From Gammaproteobacteria bacterium (GTDB lineage: Bacteria > Pseudomonadota > Gammaproteobacteria > Steroidobacterales > Steroidobacteraceae): a DNA stretch of 55,187 bases. Below are positions 22,962 through 31,259 of this stretch, piece after piece; position 1 is the first letter of the stretch; each line of letters opens with the position of its first letter. The position numbers and the translations under genes were made by a program. The notes below the pieces were generated by a model. It was not told the DNA's origin and searched no databases. It saw nothing but the letters and a program-made list of their open reading frames with translations. Location of the stretch: the NCBI GenBank assembly GCA_015655465.1, contig JAATEY010000004.1:1-55187 (forward strand). Reading direction: 5' to 3'.

Positions 22962-24524
22962 ATGCTGCTCCACTTCAACCCGTGGCTGGTCGCGCTATCC
23001 ATCGTGGTGGCGATCGTCGTCTCCAATACCGCATGGGGGTTTGCTGCGCGTGGCCGCATGGCGGCCAGAATGCGCCTGTACGACGAGAGCCTGGCGAATG
23101 CGAACCGTCAGCTGCTGCACCAGGCAACACACGACGCGCTCACCGGTCTTCCCAATCGCACGCACTTTCTCGACAGCCTGCGACTGGCCATCGCCAGGGT
23201 AAGGAATGGCGAGCAGCAAATATTCGCGGTGCTGTTCCTGGATCTTGACCGGTTCAAGTTCATCAATGACTCGCTGGGCCACACTGCCGGCGACGAGGTG
23301 CTGCGACAGATCTCCCGGCGGCTGATGTCCGAGCTTGGGGACGACGTCGCTGGCGACCATGGCGCCGGCAATGTGGTCAGCCGCTTCGGTGGCGACGAGT
23401 TCCTGGTGCTGCTGAACAACCTCAGGACGCAGCCAGACGCGCACCGGATCGCCGAGCGTCTGCTCAAGGCCCTGTCCAGCATTTACAGTATCCACGGCCG
23501 GGACGTGCACTGCAGTGCCAGCATCGGCATCGTGAGCAGCGAGCAATGCTGCAGCTGTGCGGACGATGTGGTGCGCAATGCCGACGTGGCCATGTATGAG
23601 GCCAAGCGTGCCGGTCGTTCGTGCTCGGTGGTGTTCAAGGAAACCATGCACACCGAGGTATCCCGGCAGGTGCAGATCGAGACCGGCCTGCGCCGGGCAA
23701 TCGGCACCGATCAACTGAGCGTCGTCTACCAGCCCATTGTCGAGCTGTCGTCGGGGCAGCTGATTTCCGCCGAGGCACTGGTGCGCTGGCAGCATCCGAC
23801 CCTGGGCTGCGTTTCGCCGGCCGAGTTCATTCCGATTGCCGAAGAGACCGGGCTCATCATTGCGCTTGACCAGTGGGTGCGGCACCAGGCCTGCCACGCC
23901 ATGCGCCGCTGGCGGGAGAGCGATCCGAAGTCGGCGCCCGGTACGGTGAGCGTCAACGTGTCGCGCGCCGAGCTTGCACGCAACCAGGCCTTCCGCGTCG
24001 ACATCCAGCAGTTGTTGCGCAGCGTCGGCCTGCCGCCGCATTGCCTGCAGCTGGAAGTCACCGAGCGTGATGTCATGCGCAATCCGGAAGAAGCCCTGTG
24101 CCTGATGAACGATCTGCGCACACTTGGCGTGAAGCTCGCCATGGATGACTTCGGAACCGGCACATCGTCGCTGGGCATCCTGCGCACCTATCCGTTCGAC
24201 ACCATCAAGATCGACCGCTCTTTCGTGCAGGGACTGGTCGGTGGCTCCGATGTACTGGCGGTGATGCACGCGACCATCAATCTGGTCGAGCACCTGGGCA
24301 TGGCAAGCCTGGTGGAAGGCATCGAGCAGGAGGCGCAGGTATCCGTGCTGCTTTCGATCGGCTGCCGCTACGGACAGGGATTCCTGTTCAGCAAGCCCGT
24401 TTCCGCCGACCGGCTGCTGGGTTGCTTCCGGCGCAAGGCAGGACCAGTGACCCTGGACGAGCCGGTGCGGAAGGCTGAATCGTTCCGTCAGTCGGCGCGG
24501 TTCTTTCCGAGAATGGTGTCGTGA
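22962..24524 (+). CDS. GGDEF-EAL diguanylate cyclase/phosphodiesterase
   Basis: N-terminal TM segment, GGDEF domain (RFGGDEFLVLL) and EAL domain (SAEALVRW, DDFGTGTSS, IKIDRSF, EGIEQE). Confidence 0.9.
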   Translation: MLLHFNPWLVALSIVVAIVVSNTAWGFAARGRMAARMRLYDESLANANRQLLHQATHDALTGLPNRTHFLDSLRLAIARVRNGEQQIFAVLFLDLDRFKFINDSLGHTAGDEVLRQISRRLMSELGDDVAGDHGAGNVVSRFGGDEFLVLLNNLRTQPDAHRIAERLLKALSSIYSIHGRDVHCSASIGIVSSEQCCSCADDVVRNADVAMYEAKRAGRSCSVVFKETMHTEVSRQVQIETGLRRAIGTDQLSVVYQPIVELSSGQLISAEALVRWQHPTLGCVSPAEFIPIAEETGLIIALDQWVRHQACHAMRRWRESDPKSAPGTVSVNVSRAELARNQAFRVDIQQLLRSVGLPPHCLQLEVTERDVMRNPEEALCLMNDLRTLGVKLAMDDFGTGTSSLGILRTYPFDTIKIDRSFVQGLVGGSDVLAVMHATINLVEHLGMASLVEGIEQEAQVSVLLSIGCRYGQGFLFSKPVSADRLLGCFRRKAGPVTLDEPVRKAESFRQSARFFPRMVS

Positions 24525-25051
24525 TGCCGTTCCAGCATCGTCTGCAGCGTGTCATCGCCCAGAGTCAGATAGATTTCCGAATCGGAGCGCGCCAATGACC
24601 ACTTCATCCGCCGTTCAAGCCGGGCCACGACCTGCGCCAGCCATCCCCGGTCAAACGCGAACACCTGCAGTTCTTCCGCCCGGTGGATTTTCGCCTCCGC
24701 GATCCGCGCTGCCCATTGAGCCGGATCCTTGTGGGCATAAACCGCCACACGTCGTGCAGCTTTACTGGCACGGTGCAGGCGTTCCGGCTCGGGCAGGCCG
24801 ACGTCTACCCAGGTTGTAAGCGCGCCGGTCAGGTCGCGTACCAGCACGGCCGGTTCGTCGGGGTCTGAAAGACCCTTCGAGAATGCGATGCCCTCGGCAT
24901 ATTCCAGGCAGTACGCCAGTACCCGCGCCAGCAGATACTCGGGCGTTTCGCTCGGGTGCTGCGCTACCCGCAGGTTCAGGGTTTCATAGACACCGCGATC
25001 GACATCGGCGAGGTCGATATCGAAGGTGTAGATGGTGGCTCCGAGGGCCAG
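24488..25051 (-). CDS. yaeQ: YaeQ family protein, apparent CTG start
   Basis: The ORF track starts at GTG 24847. The same frame stays open upstream to 25087 and encodes (L)ALGATIYTFDIDLADVDRGVYETLNLRVAQHPSETPEYLLARVLAYCLEYAEGIAFSKGLSDPDEPA, which matches the conserved YaeQ N-terminus (E. coli MALKATIYK...ARHPSET...). The codon aligned to Met1 is CTG 25049-25051, with GGAG 6 nt upstream. Confidence 0.75.
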   Translation of the reverse strand: MALGATIYTFDIDLADVDRGVYETLNLRVAQHPSETPEYLLARVLAYCLEYAEGIAFSKGLSDPDEPAVLVRDLTGALTTWVDVGLPEPERLHRASKAARRVAVYAHKDPAQWAARIAEAKIHRAEELQVFAFDRGWLAQVVARLERRMKWSLARSDSEIYLTLGDDTLQTMLERHHDTILGKNRAD

Positions 25052-25087
25052 GGCAGTCTCCGGGGTGTGTCGTCGGTGCGCCGGACT

Positions 25088-25225
25088 TTACCCCGTTCGG
25101 GGGTGCCACCATTCGTCAATCGCCGCGAGCAGCGCACGTGCAGCGATACCCGATCGTGCCGCGAGCTGGCGCGCCAGTGTGGTTTTGCCTGTTCCAGGCA
25201 GGCCGGTGACGATGAGCAGGCGCAT
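25088..25225 (-). pseudogene. truncated P-loop NTPase/kinase fragment
   Basis: MRLLIVTGLPGTGKTTLARQLAARSGIAA... (Walker A) stops after 45 aa. Proteins with this N-terminus are usually ~170 aa. Its TAA stop is in frame with the yaeQ reading frame downstream. Confidence 0.4.
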
Positions 25226-25322
25226 TCCTACAACAGCTCGTGGCGGCGCGCTACACGCCTGCGATGCCGTGCAGAGTACCCTCTCGCAAACCCATTCCGG
25301 TGGACAGATCACGGGAGTCATC

Positions 25323-25628
25323 ATGGATACGCAGTCGGATCACGCTTCCATCGAGGAAGTGGCCTACCAGATATGGGAGCAGCGCGGCCGCCAGGCAGGC
25401 TCCTCCGAGGATTGCTGGCGCGAAGCGGAACTGCGCTGCCGCGAAGAGCGGGCCAGATGCACGAAGGCAATGGATGACGCCCTGAAGGCATCATTCCCCG
25501 CCAGTGATCCACCCGCGTCGCATATTCCGGACGATGTGCCCATCAATGCGGAAGACAAATGGGTGGCTGCCGCAGAATCGACCAGACCGCCGGCACGTCT
25601 TCATATGGTCAGGGAAAAAAAGAGCTAG
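25323..25628 (+). CDS. DUF2934-domain protein
   Basis: ATG 25323 with [37 protein letters not shown] matches the DUF2934 signature. 101 aa. Confidence 0.65.
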   Translation: MDTQSDHASIEEVAYQIWEQRGRQAGSSEDCWREAELRCREERARCTKAMDDALKASFPASDPPASHIPDDVPINAEDKWVAAAESTRPPARLHMVREKKS

Positions 25629-26497
25629 GCTGGGCAGGCAGTGACCGAAACTTCGGCCCACATGGTGTCGAATGCATTGTTTCCGCCATTGAAACTGCCT
25701 GCCACCGGCATGACCTGCTGGATGTTCCTGCCGGCCGCGACCGGAATGAGGTTGACGCCGCCAACACTGCGGTTGGTGGGATCGAAGGTGATCCATCCCG
25801 CGCCGGGTACATAGACCTCGGCCCAGGCGTGGGTGGAACCTGTAGCCGATGAGCCGACGACGGTCGCATCCGGGTTGTGCAGATAGCCCGAAATGACCCT
25901 CGCTCCGAATCCCAGCGTGCGCACCGCCTCGATGAACAGCACGGCCATGTCGCGGCAGGAGCCCATGCCACGATCCAGCGATTGCAGCGGCGACTGCGTG
26001 CCTTCGACATCGCGAATCTGATAGGCCACCGATCCGGGAATGCCGGTGTTGATGTCCTTCAGCAGCGACAGCGTGTCGGTGGGAGTGCCGCGCACAAAGG
26101 CATGCACCCATGCGTGCAGGCGTCCGGTGGATTCCGGATATTGCGGCACGGCAAGCGCGCCCAGGTCCCGCCACTCATCTTCACTGTATCGGAATGGATA
26201 GTGGATGGCGGAGGCTGAAACCTCGAACACCGGCCACGAGACCGCATCCAGTTCCAGCTCGACGATGCTGTCGATGACCAGGTTGCTGGTCATGCCCTGG
26301 AACACCGCAGTGGCCACCATGTTGCCTGCCACATCCTGTGCCCAGGTCACCGCTGCCCGCGGCTCTATGGCGAGTTCCATGGATCGCAGCCGCAGCTCGC
26401 GGCTTTCCCGCGGCCGGAGCATGAGGCGATGCGGACGCAGGCTCACCAGTTCGCGATAGTGATAGGTGGTCCGGTGATGCACTCTCAACGGGATCAT
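25625..26497 (-). CDS. transglutaminase-like cysteine protease superfamily protein
   Basis: N-terminal bacterial transglutaminase-like N-domain ([29 protein letters not shown]). Core with [27 protein letters not shown]...HAWAEV...D (Cys-His-Asp). Confidence 0.85.
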   Translation of the reverse strand: MIPLRVHHRTTYHYRELVSLRPHRLMLRPRESRELRLRSMELAIEPRAAVTWAQDVAGNMVATAVFQGMTSNLVIDSIVELELDAVSWPVFEVSASAIHYPFRYSEDEWRDLGALAVPQYPESTGRLHAWVHAFVRGTPTDTLSLLKDINTGIPGSVAYQIRDVEGTQSPLQSLDRGMGSCRDMAVLFIEAVRTLGFGARVISGYLHNPDATVVGSSATGSTHAWAEVYVPGAGWITFDPTNRSVGGVNLIPVAAGRNIQQVMPVAGSFNGGNNAFDTMWAEVSVTACPA

Positions 26498-26568
26498 CGC
26501 GCTACCCTGCGGTGAACGCCTGAAGGCGACCGGGGCAATCCTATGCCATTGGCCCTGCGGCCGGCGTG

Positions 26569-27267
26569 TCAGTATTCCGTATGGGCCGGGGGCGAATAGA
26601 TCAGGCGCACCGTATCGCCGGTCGGCCGGCGCAATTCTTCCATCGTCAGCGCATCGGCCTTGCAGGGCGCAGCGCCGAGCACGCCGTCGCGCCGCCGCTG
26701 CAGTTCATTGCGAAGCTGCTCCACCAGGCCTCCCTCCGGTGCCTTCGTGCCGGTCTTGCGCTCGTCCAGCAGACGCGCCGTGTGCGCCCTCCAGTAGCTG
26801 GTATAGCTGCGCTCGTAGTCGGTAATCGCCCGCATGGATGACTCCGCACAGAATCGTTCCACGCAAATGTAGCTGGCCCCGGCTGCCAGGTAGTTGCGGT
26901 GTTCATTCACGACAGAAGTTGCAAAGTCGTGCGGACCGTACATCACGTGAAAAAAGCGGTGGCGGGCAGCACCACAGACATGTTTGTCGCGCAGGTATTC
27001 GAATGGCGCCTTGCGATGGATCATCGACAGGGCCACGCGCTTCACCTGCTGGATCTGTTGCTCGGTAGTGCCCGCATTCACGATCTGCCTGAGCAGCTGG
27101 CAATGGGGGCCTTCCCATTGGCGGAAGTTGTGCGGGGATTCCAGCACCCAGCAGGCCACCTGCTTCTGGTGACGTTCACCGTACTTCGCAACCTCGGAGA
27201 TCTGCTCCTCCGAGCACTCCATCATCCGGTCGAACATGACCCGCGCGGCGGAGTTGCTGTGCACCAT
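26569..27267 (-). CDS. hypothetical protein, Cys/His-rich
   Basis: 232-aa ORF in a slightly lower-GC stretch. No family recognised. Confidence 0.45.
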   Translation of the reverse strand: MVHSNSAARVMFDRMMECSEEQISEVAKYGERHQKQVACWVLESPHNFRQWEGPHCQLLRQIVNAGTTEQQIQQVKRVALSMIHRKAPFEYLRDKHVCGAARHRFFHVMYGPHDFATSVVNEHRNYLAAGASYICVERFCAESSMRAITDYERSYTSYWRAHTARLLDERKTGTKAPEGGLVEQLRNELQRRRDGVLGAAPCKADALTMEELRRPTGDTVRLIYSPPAHTEY

Positions 27268-27430
27268 CCGAATCGGAACCTCTTGTGAGAATCGAGCCCC
27301 TTGAACCGAGTCTAGGTTCCTTGCCCGGGCCGCACAACCAATGATTCGTGCTCCCTACCTATGCACTGGTCAGTCGGGGTGGCGGATGCCCGGCGCCTGC
27401 AGTAGCCTGCTGCAAAACAAGGAGGGGGTC

Positions 27431-27970
27431 ATGAGGACACTGGGCTTCGGGCAGAAGGTCGGCCAGGTCGTGCAGACGGCCTACGTCGTGCAGGACATCC
27501 GCGCGTCCATGGACTGGTGGCAGAAGGATGCCGGGGTGGGGCCCTGGTTCCTGCTCGACAGTTTCACCGGCCCCGAGCAGCGCTACCGCGGTGAACCCAC
27601 CAAGGCCGATGTGGCCATCGCGATGGCATTCGCCGGACACATGATGATCGAACTCATCCAGCCTAAGGACAGGCATCCGTCGGAGTACCAGGAAACGATC
27701 AGGCAGCGTGGTTATGGGTTCCACCATCTCGGCATCGCGGTGGAAGACGTCGAGGCGGAGCGTGTGGCCTCTGCCAAGCGCGGCTATTACGTTCCCTTCT
27801 CCACCCCGGTGCCGAGCGGGGGCAATGTCTACTACATGGGTGACGGCCACAACGCGCCGGGTTTTGTCGAACTGATCGCGGCCACGGAAGGCACGGATGA
27901 AATGTTCACCCGTTACTGGCGGGCGTCAGTGGACTGGGATGGCAGGGATCCGGTGCGAAAGTTTGGCTAG
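27431..27970 (+). CDS. VOC (glyoxalase/extradiol dioxygenase-fold) family protein
   Basis: ATG 27431 preceded by AAGGAGGGGG. QTAYVVQDIRASMDWW...GFHHLGIAVEDVEAE pattern. Confidence 0.75.
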   Translation: MRTLGFGQKVGQVVQTAYVVQDIRASMDWWQKDAGVGPWFLLDSFTGPEQRYRGEPTKADVAIAMAFAGHMMIELIQPKDRHPSEYQETIRQRGYGFHHLGIAVEDVEAERVASAKRGYYVPFSTPVPSGGNVYYMGDGHNAPGFVELIAATEGTDEMFTRYWRASVDWDGRDPVRKFG

Positions 27971-28011
27971 GGCGCCGGGCAGCTCTTCCCCGCAGTGCAG
28001 CACGATAGCGG

Positions 28012-28042
28012 GCAGGCGGCCAACGTAAAACCGGCCGCCTGC
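28012..28042. terminator. bidirectional hairpin between convergent genes
   Basis: GCAGGCGGCC-(11 nt)-GGCCGCCTGC, a perfect 10-bp stem between the stops at 27970 (+) and 28061 (-). Confidence 0.5.
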
Positions 28043-28060
28043 GTCAACTGGTCTCCCGAC

Positions 28061-28444
28061 CTAAGCCCGCTTGAAGATGTCGATGACGCCGGTGAACTCC
28101 AGGATGATCAGCACGACAAATACGATGCCGATAACCACCAGCACGCCGCTGCCACCCGCCGGTGCGTTCTGCATCTGAGTGGCCATGGTCTGCAACTCGC
28201 TGTCGCTGAGGGTAGCCATACGCGTGTCTACTGCGGCCGCGTCAACGCCCATCTTCTCCATCTGGGCGCGCACTTCGCCGCGTGCAAGCGTGCTGCGGAT
28301 GGAGGCCATATTCAGGTCCCGGTCCGTACGGACGATTGCACTGGTCGAAACGATGCCCGCCTGCACGGCCGTCGTCATTCCAAGGTTCAGGATGGAAACA
28401 GCCAGTACCGCAATTGCTGCGGTACGCCATTTTGATGGTGTCAT
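28061..28444 (-). CDS. small secreted/C-terminally membrane-anchored protein (possibly PA2779/DUF6627-like)
   Basis: Signal peptide (AIAVLAVSILNLGMTTAVQA), a helical middle part (RSTLARGEVRAQMEKMGVDAAAVDTRMATLSDSELQTMATQM) and a C-terminal TM (VLVVIGIVFVVLIILEF). The family label is from memory only. Confidence 0.55.
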   Translation of the reverse strand: MTPSKWRTAAIAVLAVSILNLGMTTAVQAGIVSTSAIVRTDRDLNMASIRSTLARGEVRAQMEKMGVDAAAVDTRMATLSDSELQTMATQMQNAPAGGSGVLVVIGIVFVVLIILEFTGVIDIFKRA

Positions 28445-28696
28445 ATCAGTACTCCCTCCGGATTGATCCGGCTTGTAAAGGCAACTTCCCGACTATGCCC
28501 GTTCCTGCGTCCTGGAACGAGTGCCAAATGTCGCATCCGCTTGTCAGCGGATATCCCATCCTGTGGGTGTAGCGGCCGGCATGCCGCGCATGACGGCCTC
28601 GGCGGCGTGGATTTCACCGCGCACCAGCTTGTCGTTGTCCTCCATCACCACATGCGCGGCTGCTGAAGCAGTTTGCAGTGGATCGACGATGGGCGA

Positions 28697-29101
28697 TCAA
28701 CCCTGCTGTCTGCGCAGTCGATCCAGCTGGCGGCGTTCGCGTTTGTCGGGGCGGGTGTCAGGTCGCGGCCTGGTCAGGGCGGCGAGCCGCCGCTGTTCGC
28801 GGTGGCGTACCGAACGTGCGGCGCTGTCCGGCGTCTCGGCATAGCAGGCCTGTGCTTCCGGCGCGCTGCCGCGTCGATCCGGCAGGCCGAGCACATCGAT
28901 ATCGATCGAATGCTCGCCGCTGCTCACGCTCAGCCGCTCGCCGATGCGCACGCGATGCGCCGGTTTCACCCGTTCGCCATCCACCTTGACCTTGCCGCCA
29001 TTCACCGCAGCGGTGGCCAGCGAGCGGGTCTTGAAGAAGCGCGTGTGCCAGAGCCATTTGTCGAGGCGGTGGCGATCATCCTGGTCGGCGGTGCTGCCCA
29101 T
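28697..29101 (-). CDS. hslR: ribosome-associated heat-shock protein Hsp15 (S4 RNA-binding domain)
   Basis: RLDKWLWHTRFFKTRSLATAAVNGGKVKVDGERVKPAHRVRIGERL is the typical HslR S4 domain. Basic tail. Confidence 0.85.
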   Translation of the reverse strand: MGSTADQDDRHRLDKWLWHTRFFKTRSLATAAVNGGKVKVDGERVKPAHRVRIGERLSVSSGEHSIDIDVLGLPDRRGSAPEAQACYAETPDSAARSVRHREQRRLAALTRPRPDTRPDKRERRQLDRLRRQQG

Positions 29102-29327
29102 GAAGGTTTGCTATCGGCGCCCGGCGCCGGATTTCTCCAGTTTCTGCAGCCAGGTTTCGCGCTGCCTGTCGCTCATGCCCTCCACCATGCGTGCCATGAG
29201 GTCTCCTGATGGCCCAGTATCGACCTGCCGGGCGGCGCTGTCAGCTTTCGGGAACCAGATGGCAGTGATGCACATTTGCGGCCATGAGTGCTTGCCAAGC
29301 GACAGCAGGGCAGGGACACTCGAAAAC

Positions 29328-29924
29328 ATGTTTCCTGTGCGTCACAGTGAGCCGATCGTCGACCAGCGTCGACGCAGGCTGTTGGGCTGGCTGGCAGCGG
29401 GGCCGGCTGTCCTGGCGCTGGGTCTGCGTGGACAGGCGCTTGCAGCCAACGGGCTGGCCGTGCCGGACCTGCTGGCGCCGCGCATGCTCGGAATGGTCAA
29501 TACCCATACCGGCGAAAAGCTCCAGATCCGCTATTTCGAAGCCGGGCAATACGTTCCGGCCGCGCTCTCCCGGCTCAATCATCTGCTGCGCGACCATCGC
29601 TCGGGTGAAAGTGCGGCAATCGATCCGCGACTCTTCGACCAGTTGCACGCACTGGCGCGCTGCGCGGAATGCGAGCCCCATTTCGAGATCATCTCCGGAT
29701 ACCGCTCACCGGCATCGAATGCCAGGTTGCATGCGCAGAGCAAGGGCGTCGCCACCAACAGCCTGCATATGCAGGGCCGTGCGATCGACGTGCGGCTGTC
29801 GGGGACCACATGCCGCAGTCTGCGCGACCTGGCATTGGCCATGCAGAGTGGCGGCGTGGGGTACTACGCCAAATCCGACTTCGTCCATCTGGACACCGGG
29901 CGCGTCCGCACCTGGGCGGGTTAG
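29328..29924 (+). CDS. DUF882 / peptidase M15A family (YcbK/MepK-like peptidoglycan endopeptidase)
   Basis: Frame trimmed to ATG 29328. Tat-type signal (DQRRRRLLGWLAAGPAVLAL). ISGYRSPASNA...SLHMQGRAIDV...GVGYYAKSDFVHLDTG. Confidence 0.85.
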   Translation: MFPVRHSEPIVDQRRRRLLGWLAAGPAVLALGLRGQALAANGLAVPDLLAPRMLGMVNTHTGEKLQIRYFEAGQYVPAALSRLNHLLRDHRSGESAAIDPRLFDQLHALARCAECEPHFEIISGYRSPASNARLHAQSKGVATNSLHMQGRAIDVRLSGTTCRSLRDLALAMQSGGVGYYAKSDFVHLDTGRVRTWAG

Positions 29925-31090
29925 TCCTTTTCCAGACCGTAGAGATCGTCGAGAAACAGCACGCTGCCGTCTTCGCGCGCGATCGCCGTGCCATAGACGA
30001 AATAGACCCTGATCGGTTCGCGCAGGTTCACGCGCATGGACTCGGTACCCCGCATGGCCTGCGCAATGCGTTCAGGCGTCCAGGCCGGGTCGTCCTGCAG
30101 CACGAATTCAGCCAGCACCGCCGGCTTGCCGACGCGCACGCAGCCGTGACTGTATGCACGCGTGACCTGCGCGAACAGCGACCGGGCCGGCGTGTCGTGC
30201 AGGTAGACGTCATGCGCATTGGGCATCATGAACTTCACCGCACCCAGCGCATTGTCGTCGCCGGGACGTTGGCGGATGCGCAGTGTGCCCGCGGCCAGCG
30301 CCGCAAGGTTCGCGGCACTTTCCGGCACCACCGTGCCATTGGGCGATACCAGCTCGTAGTGATGATCGGCAAGATATGCGGGATTGGCACGCGCGGCGGG
30401 CAGCAGTTCCTTCATTGCGATCTTGCGCGGCACATCCCAGTACGGCCGGAAGATCACATGCGTAAGGTCTGCCACGAAGGTCGGAGTGCGCAGGTCCTTG
30501 ATGACCTTGCCCACCACGACGTCGATCTGCAGCATATTTGCTTCGCTGTCCTGCATGGCGTTGATCGCATACAGGCGGAAACGCGGAATATTGACGAAGA
30601 TGGCGCGGCGGTACGGGTTGGGCGGCAGTTCCCGCCATCGCTGCAGCGTGCGCTCGATCTGGTGCACGCGTTGTGTCAGCGGTGTAGTCATGACGCGCCA
30701 GGTCTGCTGGCCGAGCACGCCGTCTGTTGCCAGGCCATGGCGCTCCTGGAAGCGCCGGATGCCGGCGACCAGGTTTTCGTCCAGGGTATTGTCTGGCGCC
30801 GTGGCATCTGCTGCGGGTAGATCGCCCACGGCGATCAGCAGTCGCCGCAGCGCCGCGCTGCCCGCATAGGATTCGCGCGGCTTGACGGAGTGGCCTGGCA
30901 ACGCTGGCAGCTGCGTGAGTCCGGGCTGGCTTGCCAGCATCTGATAGCGGGGCAGCGCCTGTTCCAGCAGCAGGAAGTGGTGCAGCGTCTGCGGCGATGC
31001 TGCCTGCGCCGCCACGACAGCAGGCAGGAGGCAGGCTGCAGCCCAAAGGGTCACGATGGTGTGGCGAAGTGGCAGCATGCAGACACTCAT
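29921..31090 (-). CDS. L,D-transpeptidase (YcbB/LdtD-like, PG-binding + YkuD domains)
   Basis: Frame trimmed to ATG 31090 (MSVCMLPLRHTIVTLWAAACLLPAVVAAQA). PG-binding repeat (IRRFQERHGLATDGVLGQQTW). YkuD catalytic motif YLHDTP...YSHGCVRV. Confidence 0.85.
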   Translation of the reverse strand: MSVCMLPLRHTIVTLWAAACLLPAVVAAQAASPQTLHHFLLLEQALPRYQMLASQPGLTQLPALPGHSVKPRESYAGSAALRRLLIAVGDLPAADATAPDNTLDENLVAGIRRFQERHGLATDGVLGQQTWRVMTTPLTQRVHQIERTLQRWRELPPNPYRRAIFVNIPRFRLYAINAMQDSEANMLQIDVVVGKVIKDLRTPTFVADLTHVIFRPYWDVPRKIAMKELLPAARANPAYLADHHYELVSPNGTVVPESAANLAALAAGTLRIRQRPGDDNALGAVKFMMPNAHDVYLHDTPARSLFAQVTRAYSHGCVRVGKPAVLAEFVLQDDPAWTPERIAQAMRGTESMRVNLREPIRVYFVYGTAIAREDGSVLFLDDLYGLEKD

Positions 31091-31257
31091 TTTTCGGGCG
31101 CGCCGCGCGGCCCTTTTCTTGCGTTCACGGACTTGCGCAGCAGAAATTCGATCTGCGCATTGATGCTGCGCAGATCGTCCGCCGCCCATTTTTCAAGGTC
31201 CTTCCACAGATCCTCCGGGATCCGCAACAGGAATGCCTTGCGTTCGCTGGCAGCCAC
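31087..31257 (-). CDS. Arc/MetJ-type ribbon-helix-helix DNA-binding protein (56 aa)
   Basis: Absent from the ORF track (<60 aa). GTG 31257 lies 2 nt after the SPFH stop. Translation is (M)AASERKAFLLRIPEDLWKDLEKWAADDLRSINAQIEFLLRKSVNARKGPRGAPEK, with an RHH beta-strand and two helices. The stop overlaps the L,D-transpeptidase ATG (ATGA). Confidence 0.6.
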   Translation of the reverse strand: MAASERKAFLLRIPEDLWKDLEKWAADDLRSINAQIEFLLRKSVNARKGPRGAPEK

Positions 31258-31259
31258 GA

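Noticed and set aside
28544-28696. Open frame continuing in phase after the hslR TGA (SPIVDPLQTASAAAHVVMEDNDKLVRGEIHAAEAVMRGMPAATPTGWDIR*), which could suggest stop-codon read-through or a decayed downstream gene such as hslO.
   Set aside because: No similarity to Hsp33 or anything else I recognise, and no read-through signal. Chance open frames of 40-50 codons are common at this GC content.
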